In this document: positions 40,545-53,135 of the stretch, piece by piece
Layout of the letters: each line of letters begins with the position of its first letter
Numbering within the stretch: position 1 is the first letter of the stretch
NCBI RefSeq assembly: GCF_006345805.1
Contig: NC_042998.1
Coordinates: forward strand, 66,898,001-66,962,000
Length of the DNA: 64,000 nt
Origin: Octopus sinensis
Lineage: Eukaryota
Reading direction: 5' to 3'
Translations under genes and position numbers: made by a program
Notes under the pieces: generated by a model
Database searches by the model: none
Told to the model about the DNA's origin: nothing
The model's input: only the letters and a program-made list of their open reading frames with translations

Positions 40545-41734
40545 ATATAAGAAAAAGGGACAGGCAAAACAGGTTGCTTGACCGCATACCGAAAAAATAG
40601 AAATAGCAGTCAAGAATGCTTATTTCTATCAAAGTTGGACTCCGGGCATGACAGACCCTGTAATTCACATATGCAAAACAGAAGGAATAGATAACGAATA
40701 CGAAGTCAGGCGGTTATCTGTGAACATCATGTTTCTGGATTATAAACATATTGAATATATATTCCATATATTTTTGATATATATTTCATATATATTGCAT
40801 ATAATTTCACATCCTTCTTCAGCACAGCTTTCCATTGAAAAAGATTTATCATAGATTTATCAAATGCTACGTACCTCAAACCTTCTGACCATGCGACATC
40901 AAAATATTTGAAGAAAGTGAGCAGGCTAAACCTACATAGACGTTTGAATTCATAAATCTTCCCTCCAAAATTTTGCCATGCGCATTACAGTTAGGTTGTC
41001 AAAGGGAGTGAAACATCCCAATAGTAAATAATATAAGAGTAAATATCGGCTATATTTCATACCGAATTCTACCAGTAATAATTGGGGTTTTTTTAAAAGC
41101 CTTTATAGAATTATTTACTCTTATCATTATATTACTATTTGGATTTTTCACTCCCTTTGACAACCTAACTGTATGCGCATGGCAAAATTTTGGAGGGAAG
41201 ATTTATGAATCCAAACGTCTATGTAGGTTTAGCCTTTGCTCACTTTCTTCAATATTTTGATGTCGCATGGTCAGAAGGTTTGAGGTACGTAGCATTTGAT
41301 AAATCTATGATAAATCTTTTTCAATGGAAAGCTGTGCTGAAGAAGGATTGAAAATAATGCAATTATATGAAATATATATCAAAAATATATGGAATATATA
41401 TTCAATATGTTTATAATCCAGAAACATGATGTCACAGATAACCGCCAGACTTCGTATTCTTATCTATTCCTTCTGTTTTGCATATGTGAATTACAGGTCT
41501 GTCATGCCGGAGTCCAACTTTGATAGAAATAAGCATTCTTGACTGCTATTTCTATTTTTTCGGTATGCGTCAAGCAACCTGTTGCCTGTCCCTTTTACTT
41601 ATATACAATATATATACTGAACTTTACAGAAGTTCTGGCGGTAATCGGCTATATTTACATACCGAATTCTACCAGTATATAATTGGGGTTTTTTTAAAAG
41701 CCTTTATAGAAATTATTTACTCTTATCATTATAT
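40545..41734. mobile_element. Fold-back element B: inverted ~500-bp copy + ~90-bp direct repeat / body / direct repeat
   Basis: Inverted arms 40545-41045 and 41112-41604. Direct repeats 41045-41132 and 41644-41734. Both flanks are (TA)n. Confidence 0.9.
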
Positions 41735-41784
41735 ATATTATATATATTATATAATATATATATAATATATATATATTATATATA

Positions 41785-42444
41785 GAAGGAGCTTCTACAG
41801 GACTAGAACTGTTTCATTCAAGAGAAATCTTCAGGAAGCTAGTTAACAAGAATTGTATTGGCATTTATACATTTAGGCAGGTTTAAAGGGGTGTTGGTGG
41901 GGACTTTTTTGGGGTAGGCATAGCGCAAAATATCATACTTGGGGGAGTGGTCAAGGAGTCAGTGTTAAATTAGATAGAAGAAAATAAAAAAAATAAATAA
42001 ATAAAATAAAAAAATAAAAAATATATATATATAAAAAGGGGAATAGAGTTTTAGGTAAATAAGGATATTCTCACTTATACCTATGCACATATGTATACAT
42101 ATATACACACGCATACAAACCTATATACATATACATATACACATACATACACACACATATATATATATACATATATATACACTTACACATACATATACAT
42201 ATCTACACATACACATATATGTATACATACACACACTCACATGCATACACGTATACACACATGTATATATACACACACGACCACACATACATATACACAC
42301 AGAAAAATATATATACACATACCACACATACTCACATACACGCATACACACACAAATCCACACCACACATGCGCACACAGCACACTAGTCCCTATATACA
42401 CATATATACACATACACACATATATACACACACATACATATACA

Positions 42445-42481
<37 letters not shown>

Positions 42482-42684
42482 GTGTACCTATGCATACCTA
42501 CACATACACACATAATATATACACATACAAATACAGACCCATTCCCTAATTTTAATTTTATTATCTTCTTTATTACTTAATAAACGAAGTATAAACGAAG
42601 ATAATAAAATTAAAATTAGGGAATGGGTCTGTATTTGTATGTGTATATATATATGTGTGTATGTGTAGGTATGCATAGGTACAC

Positions 42685-42738
<54 letters not shown>

Positions 42739-43413
42739 TGTATATGTATGTGTGTGTATATATGTGTGTATGTGTATATATGTGTATATAGGGACTAGTG
42801 TGCTGTGTGCGCATGTGTGTGTGTGGATTTGTGTGTGTATGCGTGTATGTGAGTATGTGTGTGTATGTGTATATATATTTTACTGTGTGTATATGTATGT
42901 GTGGTCGTGTGTGTATATATACATGTGTGTATACGTGTATGCATGTGAGTGTGTGTATGTATACATATATGTGTATGTGTAGGTATGTATATGAATGTGT
43001 AAGTGTATATATATGTATATATATGTGTGTGTATGTAGTGTATATGTATATGTATATAGGTTTGTATGCGTGGTGTATATATGTATACATATGTGCATAG
43101 GTAAGTGAGAATCTCCTATTTACCTAAAACTCTATTCCCTTTTTTATATATATTTTTATTTTTTATTTTTTATTTTTATATTTTATTTTTTATTTTTTAT
43201 TTTTTATTTTTTATTTATTCTTCTATCTAATTTAACACGGACTCCTTGACCACTCCCCCAAGTATGATATTTTGCGCTATGCCTACCCCAAAAAAGTCCC
43301 CCACCAACACCCCTTTAAACCTGCCAAATGTATAAATGCCAATACAATTCTTGTTAACTAGCTTCCTGAAGATTTCTCTTGAATGAACAGTTCTAGTCCT
43401 GTAGAAGCTCCTT
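41785..43413. repeat. Fold-back C: ~1.63-kb near-perfect palindrome
   Basis: Arms 41785-42568 and 42597-43413 are reverse complements across a unique-looking ~300-bp module, ~450 bp of mixed microsatellite, and a gacccattccctaattttaattttattatcttc core. Confidence 0.92.
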
Positions 43414-43491
43414 GTATATAATAAATTAATTTTACTCTGCTATGTATTGAGTACCTTATTTACTGTGGTTAACCCCGAATTAACCCGGACC

Positions 43492-43543
<52 letters not shown>

Positions 43544-43766
43544 CATACATATGTAGAAGGTTGAAAAGGAACACACGAGTTGATATATATGGAAAAAAAA
43601 TGTCAAGATAGAAAGTGGTAATATAATTTTCTAATACACTTTTCAGTACCGGTTTCAGTCATGTCAGAAAAAGAATTAAATTTTGGAAAAATTAGAAGAA
43701 AAGATTTTTAAAAGAATATTTTCATAGTGTTCAACTACAAATAGCATTTTCCTTTGCTCTGCCTGT

Positions 43767-43819
43767 TTCTCTCTCTCTCTCTCTCTTCTCTCTCCTCTCT
43801 GTCTCTCCATCTCTCTCTC

Positions 43820-43887
<68 letters not shown>
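43767..43887. repeat. (CT)n microsatellite
   Basis: Interrupted dinucleotide array. Confidence 0.95.
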
Positions 43888-43892
<5 letters not shown>

Positions 43893-45843
43893 GACTCTTG
43901 TGGGTTCGACGTCGTTGTGTACATGTATATTTATATATGTATATACATACATACATACACACATATATATATGCGCGCACACACACACACACTATCTTTA
44001 TGGAAATATGTAGTATATTAACTTATCAAGATATTACCGTCCGTTTCACGCTGACATTTGCACTTAGCTTTATTAATGACTCTTCAGACCATGGTGACAG
44101 AGAGTGCATAGCTTTCTTTTTTTACGTTGGTAGTATGTATGCAGACACTGGTTGTGTAGATGCTGTTAAAAAATATCAAAACGAACCGGTGGAAAACTGT
44201 AACATTTTCTCGGACAGAAAGAAGAGTTACTTCCCATAGATTAATATCAACCTTGTTTGAACCAAGTCAATTGTTGGTGTGTATACGTGCACGTCGTTCT
44301 CTAGTACAAAAATGAGGACGACCACAGTGTATAACTAAATTTTCATTCATAAGGGTAGCCTCCTAATATTTCGGCTTTTAAGTTCAGAAAAGCATTCGGA
44401 TCATGTGGAATTTGAAAATGATTCTCCTTTTCCTACGCAAAGCTTGCAATACTTAATTTCATTTAGACAGGTTTCAGATCTTTATTGAAATTTCCAATTG
44501 ACTTTTATGGCGTTGATTCTATTTTTGATCTTCACATAGGCGTCTACCATTGCAAAATTCTGCCTCTCTTTGACTCTAAGCAAGGAACTGTGATTAACCC
44601 TACATGGACATCTTGACTCTAACTGTGGCCTTGAGATAATCGCTAATTTTAGTTTTTGATATTCGGAATTCAGCTGCCAGAGACTCGTTGTATTTGGGTA
44701 ACGCTGAATCAAAAACACACACATAAAAGCACACACACATACAGGTGCATTAACACAAATGCATACACAAGCATATCAATGTCAATGTGCATGCGTGCGT
44801 TTGTGTGTATGTGTCTGTATTTATGCGTGTGTGTGTGTTTCTGTTTTTATTTGTGCTTTTGCGAGTGTTTGTGTGTGGTGTGTGTGTGTGTATGTGTAGT
44901 GTGTATGTCTACATAGAAATTATAGAAACCACGGTTCTATTCTCATTTCCACTGCATAGTGCATTGGACAAGCGTGTCCGTTTACAACGAAATAGATGAA
45001 GAGAGTTCGAGATAAGAATTTGCAATTAAAAGAAGAGGACAAGAAAAGCGTGAACTGGAAGATGACTAAAAGCCAGACAAAACTGACGTAATTTTAGACA
45101 TGGGGGAATAAAATAATATAAAGACCATGAAGAGCATCTATAAATAAGCTATAGTGTCTAGAAAATACGAATTAATCTTAAAAACAAAGTTGTTGTATGA
45201 ATCTAAATGTCATTCATGTGAAATAATAGCTGTTTGATATTTTGATTTTTAACTCTTCCAAACATCTGATGATTGGTTTGTAGCTATTTTAATTAACTTC
45301 AATCCGGTACATGTATATATTATATCGCCCCTAGAATTATGATGAAAAATTCGTTTTTTGAGTGATTCGAGCATAGAATTTAAGGGAACGTAATTAAATT
45401 CTGAATTCCAATTTGTTCAATGCGTCCATTTTTGCCAGTCACAATTATAACATTATATAACATTCATCATACATCAGAGTAAATTGTTATAATTACGAAC
45501 ACGATTTTATTAAATCAGAAGCAAATACTTTCACATATCAATAGCCTTTTCAAGAGAAGACAGCAATGATTAGTTGTATAACAATATTTTTTTTATTCCG
45601 ATATTGGATTCGAAACGTAAAGAATTCTCTACCATATATCTTAACTAACCTTATTTCTACATAATAAGTCTGTTTACTTCACAACTATATCCGTTTTCTA
45701 AATTGCGCTCATTCATCATCATGCAGACAGATTAGGTCTCTGCATTATAAATTATCACAAAACTCGTCAATTTCCAGTTAGTTCCTATTATTAGTTCTTT
45801 TGTGTTACGATGTATCGCATCTATTTTCTTGCTTAATTCTCAG

Positions 45844-45888
45844 GAGCCGAGGTTATCTTTGTTGAATATCATCCATCACAAGCAGCTC
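45844..45888 (+). other. Candidate 45-nt symmetric exon
   Basis: Boundaries ctattttcttgcttaattctcag| and |GTAAAT. It is open as (G)AEVIFVEYHPSQAA or EPRLSLLNIIHHKQL. Confidence 0.3.
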
Positions 45889-46147
45889 GTAAATAGGAAC
45901 AGATTCTTAATCAAAAAGCAAGTCTAAGATATATAAATATTTCAACCAAACAGTAGAAATCTTCTTTGTTTGCCTTATTCAGCCCCCTACCTGTTGTATT
46001 TAGCAGTGTATTCTAACGAAACGCTTGCTGGTTGTGCACAGCTACTGTTGTTAACAAGCCAAAATAAGCTACAGTGTCCATTTCTTGCTTGTTTGTTTGT
46101 TATTTAGTGCTTGCTTGTTTGTTATTTAGACATAAATATATGGCCTC

Positions 46148-46352
46148 TAATATTGGCACAAGGCCAGCAATTTCAGGGGTGAGGAGTTGATTTCATCGAT
46201 CCCAGTGTTCAAATCGTACATATTTTTTCGACCCCGCGAGGAGGGTGGGCAAAGTCGACCTCGGCGACATTTGATCCCAAAAGTAAAGACGGACGAAATG
46301 CCACTAAATATTTTATCCAGAGTGCTAATAACTCTGCTAACTCGTCACCTTA
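46148..46352 (-). mobile_element. tRNA-derived SINE (same family as 60521)
   Basis: Reverse complement gives aaggtgacgagttagcagag...atttcgtccgtc...cgccgaggtcgactttgcc...ggggtcgaaa. Confidence 0.8.
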
Positions 46353-48603
46353 ATTTAGTCCTAAATGCATTACAAACTGTTTAAAGCCCGTCACAATTTT
46401 CACCAGAGTTTTCTTTTCTTTCTTTCATTTTCCTTTTTTCTCCTTTTGCGAACAATATTATCTACTTTTACTATCATACTATCATAACGGTATGCTATAG
46501 CTACTATTTCTAAAAAAAAATCGATTGACCGCGGGTGGGTAGCATCATTGTGTCGGTGACTCTCCAATTGTATTCATTTATGTGAGCATTCAATCGTGAT
46601 TTAGTTATCCTGCTAACCTTTCTCTTTGATTTATTATGTTAAATAAGACATGAGAAACGACAAAAGTTCCGCTCATTATATATGATGCGCTTCCGCTATC
46701 TCTCTCCCTCTATCTTTCTCTCTTAAAACATTTTGATATTGTTTCAGTCATTTTTATGAATAAAGGTATTGTTCTTGATGTTTGTTTCTTTTTTTTTTAT
46801 CTCGTATGTTTCTAAGCTTTATCAATTCCTTACCCGATTTCAAACATCTTTTCAATCTATTTATTGCGTTTCTTTTGTCTCAATTCAAAAGCATTATTAT
46901 ATAGAAATATTTGCCATCTTAGGTACTTAGCTATTTCTCTATTTCCATCATATTTGTTCTCAGTAACTCTATGCTCGATGAGGACATTACAGCAGTAGTC
47001 ATTAATAGCATCTTTAAGCTGATAATTGTACTACTTTTGATCTATATTGAATTCGAATTTACAACTCATCTTCTAATGTATATTTCCCACCCCTTATCAA
47101 AAATTCTTTTATATTATCTTTGTGCCTTTCATTTTGCAATGAATACGTGTAAGTCGATTCAATCAATAATAATCTGGTTCTTCAAAAAATAAAAATCGCC
47201 GCTGGGCCTGTTACATAAAATCAGCATCCTATTTTAATATCTTAATTTCATTTTAAGCAAAACGTACTTGTTACGATTCTCTGAATTTTCAACCCCCGAA
47301 GTATACAATATCATATGAATATGTTGTGTTGAATATCCAGGCACATAAATAAATCTACATATGTTAGCATCTATGAAACATTTAAATGTATCAGTTTCTT
47401 TTTGTGACTCTATCAACTCAAAAGATAATGTAGGGAATGAGTCGAATACACAGAGTGATTCTAGTTTAAGGAGTGAGTATTATCTCATCACATTAATATA
47501 TTGATTGGCCAGATATTTGTATAGGACTTTAAAGTGAAAGATAGATTTACGTAGCTTTCTCTATAGTTGTTCATTGGATTACCTCTCTTCAGGTTGTTTA
47601 TTTAGAGGTTGTTTTTTATATGTTGCCGACATTGTCGCTTCATCTATGTGCAATGACACATCTGAAGAAGCGAAATTTATTATTTAGTAAAATCACCTTA
47701 TCAGTTGACGTGCACCTTTTCATAAAATAACCCTACTGCACAAAAAAAAAAAAAATTCCGTGCAAAGTGGTTAAAAGACTATGATTGTTTCAGAAATCAA
47801 ATTTAGTTTTTTGCAGTAATCAGCAGCTAGATGGAAAACTTCAAATGAATATCGGCAAAATTCATGCAAACAGAGTTTTACAAATGAAAATATCCAACAG
47901 CAGAAAGGGCTGCCAAAAATATATGACACACATATGCGAAAATTTTGAGATGTATCTCTTTTAGTAACAAGATTCAACACAAATTAGCTGAGAATAATTG
48001 TTAAAATTCTCGAAAACATATCTGGTTATAGCAAATGAGTCACGCTTTATTTCCCTTAAAATTCAAGATTGATGAACACAGTAATTCACGCAACAATTAT
48101 GATTCCGTTTATCAGACTACTTGTCTTTCTCTTTACATCTTTATCTCTATGACGAATCTGTATGTTTAATTTTTAAATGTCATTTAGTTCATCCACACAA
48201 AATATTGCACAAAACATATTTTTGTGTCTGTTTGAAATATTTTAGATTTACATTGCAGCACCAGCTTAATTCCGAGTGTGAAAATAAGAGTTCAGCTTGA
48301 AACTCGATTATTGGCTTGTGCCCTTCTGTAAATATATCTACATAGGAAATTATACTTAGTTATACATTTCTTGGCTGTTTGTGTACATCATCACCCGCTG
48401 TGCTATGGTGTATATAAACAGTAAAATATATTAAAAATTCTCTTTGTACTTCTAATAACTAAGGAGCGCACTACGTGCACCTGACTGCTACAAACAAAAA
48501 TTATACTCTGATGTGTGTGTGTGTGTGTATTAGTGTGAGTGTATGTAACGATTTCTATGCATATATACGTGTGCGTGTATTCATACCTACACACACACAA
48601 ATA

Positions 48604-48705
<102 letters not shown>

Positions 48706-48776
48706 TGTATATATATATATGTATATATATATAGAGAGAGAGAGAGGAGAGAGCGAGAGAGAGAATGTTTGCTATT

Positions 48777-48914
48777 GATTTTATGTCACATCTGATGCCA
48801 CACACACTAATACTCATAGACACGCACGCACATAGACACGCGCACGGACACACATGCACACACACACACGCACACATATTATATGTACGTGTATTTATAC
48901 CCCCACACACAAAT

Positions 48915-48955
<41 letters not shown>

Positions 48956-49030
48956 ATATTTTCAATTGGTTCTATGTCACATTTGATGCCACACACACTG
49001 AAACTTACAGACACGCACACACACACACAC
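48777..49030. repeat. Diverged direct duplication (~55-bp unique core, ~190-bp period)
   Basis: tatgtcacat(c/t)tgatgccacacacact...agacacgcac occurs near 48783 and near 48973. Confidence 0.75.
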
Positions 49031-49327
49031 ACACGCACACATGCACACAAATATGTGTGTGTGTGCAGCCATACATACATTTACCTGATAATGGTGCTCA
49101 AATAATATATATGACCACGTAAGAATGAGAAAAAATAAAAGCATTAAAAGCAAGAGTTACAAGCAATATATATTTTTCTACATCTACCAAAACGTAGCCT
49201 AGGCCCATGTTTGCACAGAATATCTAAACCGCACTGATACCCCACAATATTGGGTTTTAACAAGGAAGTAAATAAGTAGCTGAAAGCCCATCCTCAATTT
49301 TGGTATATTGATATACACGAACTCTTT

Positions 49328-49450
49328 GTGACTGTGTGGTAGAGAAGCTTGCTTCCTAACCTTATGGTTCCGAGTTCCTTCTCACTACGTGGCACCTTAG
49401 GCAAGTGTCTTCTACTATACCCTCGGGCAAACCAAAACCTTCTGAGAGAT
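49328..49450 (+). mobile_element. tRNA-derived SINE 5' fragment
   Basis: gtgactgtgtggtagagaagcttgcttcc...atggttccgagttc...cgtggcaccttaggcaagtgtcttctactata. Confidence 0.85.
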
Positions 49451-50226
49451 GTACATCCAAAACCTTCAAGAAGGACGTATATCCAAGTTACGCTATATCT
49501 GTGCTCATCAACATAAAGTAATCGAACCGTATCGCAGATTAATCGTACCACCAATCTACGACTTATATGCATATAGAATAAAAATTATGCGCAGGTATGA
49601 TCCGACAATGCATACGTAAGAGTGAATTTAAATATTTAATAGAAACAACGCCAGCCGAAGAAACATTATTAAACACACATACGTAGCGCACCCGGAAAGT
49701 GTGCTGGCCGTTAGGATTCGGTATAGCGTGGTGGAGGTCTCTCCCTCAAAGCGCAGAGTGTTAAAATACATGAAGGTCATGGACAGGCGAGGAAACTCAG
49801 TCCAAATCCATAATGTTTATTTCGACGACGTTGGTGTTCATGATGATGAATGTATACTCGGATATTTTGGGTCTCGTTGTTTGTGTTCACTATAACGACG
49901 ACTGCATTTGATGATATTAAATGATGAGAATCATTGCAGTCATAAGTGAGAAATATAGAGTGAAAGGATAACATTTCAACAATAGTGACATCCTGAGATT
50001 TATAAGCTTAAAAATTAAATGGAATCTTTGTAAAATGCAGAAAACAAAATGTACAGCTGCTGGTAAAACATGTTGATGTCACAAATTATATTCTCGATTC
50101 CATCTCCTAATATAATAATGAGCGTAGTATTTATATATATACATATATATATATATATAATATATATATATATAATATATATATAGATATATATATATAT
50201 ATATATATATAGATATATATATATAT

Positions 50227-50270
<44 letters not shown>

Positions 50271-50653
50271 GCAGATAGATTGATACATATACAGACATAT
50301 ACTCACACTCAGTTGAAATGCTGTTTTTTTTCATCCCTTCCTTCGTTATTCATCTACTACCTCCTTTCTCATTCATATGTTGTGGCGCAAAAAGACCAGA
50401 AGATACACGACGCGCTCGTATGCAGCAATCCCGAGTATAACCACCCGAAATTGCAAAGATAATCTGGAACTTGACTGAGGAAAGAAAACTCCGAATGACC
50501 GTCATTTTTTCTATGTATTGTTTATCTGGATGTTTTGTTGTCTCTTTTTTTGTATTACCAAACTGTCTGGATATTTTGTGTTGTCCAATTTTGTATTGTA
50601 TATATATATATACATATATACAAAGAAAGACAGAGAGAGAGAGAGGGAGAGAG

Positions 50654-50828
50654 AGAGCAATAATAAAATGGAGGGGATCAATAGGTGATTCATTAACTTT
50701 TAGAATAATGTCAACCTGTTTATTTATTTACTGTCAGTTTAGTAAATAAATAGAAAAAGTTGACGTAATATAATGCCTCTAAAAGTTGATGAATCACCTA
50801 TTGATCCCCTCCATTTTCTTATTGCTCT
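50654..50828. mobile_element. 175-bp hairpin element (MITE-like)
   Basis: Terminal ~50-bp inverted repeats (agagcaataa..aaaatggaggggatcaataggtgattcat(t/c)aacttttaga) plus inner gtcaac/gttgac and tatttatttact/agtaaataaata pairs. Confidence 0.75.
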
Positions 50829-51022
50829 ATTAAGGTAAAATATCTCTTTAAAGGTAAAATATTTCTTTACCTTCACGCATGTAGTACACTAGGTAATGTA
50901 ACTGCAATGCAATAAAAACGCTTGTGTACTAATAATTGGTTATTCTACAAGCAGTACATTGGGTAGATATTATCCCTTAGTTGGTTGGATTCAAAACCTC
51001 TAAATTTCTTGGAATGAATATA

Positions 51023-51228
51023 TACTCTCTTTTACTCTCTTTTACTTGTTTCAGTCATTTAACTGCGGCCATGCTGGAGCACCGCCTTTAGTCGAGCAAA
51101 TCGACCCCGGGACTTATTCTTTGTAAGCCCAGTACTTATTCCATCGATCTCTTTTGCCGAACCGCTAAGTGACGGGGACGTAAACACACCAGCATCGGTT
51201 GTCAAGCAATGCTAGGGGGACAAACACA

Positions 51229-51278
<50 letters not shown>

Positions 51279-51446
51279 CATATATACGACAGGCTTCTTT
51301 CAGTTTCCGTCTAGCAAATCCACTCACTAGGCATTGGTCAGCCCGGGGCTATAGCAGAAGACACTTGCCCAAGATGCCACGCAGTGGACTGAACCCGGAA
51401 CCATGTGGTTGGTTAGCAAGCTAGTTACCACACAGCCACTCCTGCG

Positions 51447-51448
<2 letters not shown>
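51023..51448 (-). mobile_element. Full-length tRNA-derived SINE
   Basis: The head ggcgcaggagTGGCTGTGTGGtaac...GGTTCAGTCC has A- and B-box-like motifs. It also has an internal (TG)n tract and a 3' tail of tandem AAAAGAGAGTA repeats. Confidence 0.93.
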
Positions 51449-51505
<57 letters not shown>

Positions 51506-52004
51506 TTGTCCAAAAATCAGGTAGTAGGATAAAGAGTAGTATAAGTGAAGGGAGACGAGAGAAAATAGTAATTCAGTGAAGTAGTGAAAGTATTAACCCT
51601 GACTGAGAGAGATTGAGAGAAAGTAATAGCAACAAGAAAAAGAAAATGGCAAAGAGCACGTCGTTTATCTTCCTTTTTCTCCGTCACAACATATGAATAA
51701 GAAAAGAGGTGATAGATGAATAAGGAACGAAGGGGTGAAACGAAATCAGCGTTTCAACTGGCTGTGATTATATGTGTGTATAAGTAAAAGGAAGGTATGT
51801 GAATGTGTGTATGTGTGTGTGCGTGTGCAATGGAAATGGGATGGTGAACATTCAACGCTAAAAAGCGAAAACAAACAGGATTTCAACTCTATTTGAGTAT
51901 GCATGTGTATGTGTGTGCGTGTGTGTGCATGTGTGTGTGCATGTTGAAGGGAAATATGTTAATGTTTGTATCTGTGATTATTATGTACCTTATTTTGTAG
52001 CTTA

Positions 52005-52060
52005 TTTATATATAAAATACTATAATTAGCCGTCATTTTTGACGGCACGGGGTCAGCTAG
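52005..52060 (+). mobile_element. Miniature Helitron-type terminus
   Basis: GCCGTCA-TTTT-TGACGGC hairpin (52029-52046), a 10-nt spacer, then CTAG followed by T: a canonical Helitron 3' end. Confidence 0.55.
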
Positions 52061-52504
52061 TATATATCTGACCTAAATGTTTTGTATCAAATTAGCATCT
52101 GACACTAATTCTAAAATTATTGTCTTTTTTTTGTCATTTGCTTTTTATTATTGTTTCTCCAGCATTTTCCTGCAAAACATCACATAACATATAGTTTATC
52201 TCTTGCAGTATTTTGTGGTTTCTGCTTAATTAATCAGTAACTGTTATAGAGTAAGGATTAGTAGTAATTAACAATGGTGATAGATATGGGAGCCAATTCT
52301 TGTCTACTTTCAAAGGCTTCCAGAAATGTTAGTAAATCTAGATCTCTTATTCGAGTGCATAATTTGCGACAGGTACTCTGCTTGGCATTCAGCTAAAATG
52401 AGACAAAATAAATAAAAAATGTGTGAGATTTCATAACAAAAACAATCAAAATAATGCTACACGTAATGATAATACATTAACATAATAATGATTTTGAAAT
52501 GATG

Positions 52505-52573
<69 letters not shown>

Positions 52574-52606
52574 TTAATAATAACAATAACAATAATCATG
52601 ATAAAA

Positions 52607-52658
<52 letters not shown>

Positions 52659-52998
52659 GAGGTAGTTTCCTTGACAGTCTCAAATAATGAGAAACAGTGA
52701 GAAAATGAATATGAGATTTATAGAGCAATATTGCAAAATACTAGGGCCGAGCCATTCAGTTCTAAAGATTATGGAAAGTGCGGGTAAGATGTACCCATGT
52801 AGGTAAAGGTGCTTCAGGAACTATTACTAAAGGAAATAGCATTAATTTAGTGCAGCTACAGAAAACAGAATTATTAGAGACAGCTAGGATACTTAGCATA
52901 GCTCTTGATATCATTATTGTAGCTTGATGTCATGAATTTTTCTACTCTAAAGTTTAATCTGTTGTGCACATATGAAAGAATAATTATAATAATAACGA

Positions 52999-53067
<69 letters not shown>

Positions 53068-53135
53068 GAAGAAGAAGAAGAAGAAGAAGAAGACAAAGAA
53101 GAAGAAGAACAACAACAACAACAACAATAACAACA
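52505..53135 (+). mobile_element. R4/Dong-type 3' fragment (~52660-52980) embedded in compound (ACA)n/(TAA)n/(CTA)n/(GAA)n tracts
   Basis: Reads RLWKVRV...GASGTITKG...LVQLQKTELLETARILSIALDI, matching the C-terminus of fragment 2; (TAA)n lies on both sides. Confidence 0.8.

Noticed and set aside
51380-51448. tRNA gene (also at 27963, 49328, 60521)
   Set aside because: A/B-box-like heads continue directly into SINE bodies and tails and do not form a complete cloverleaf.
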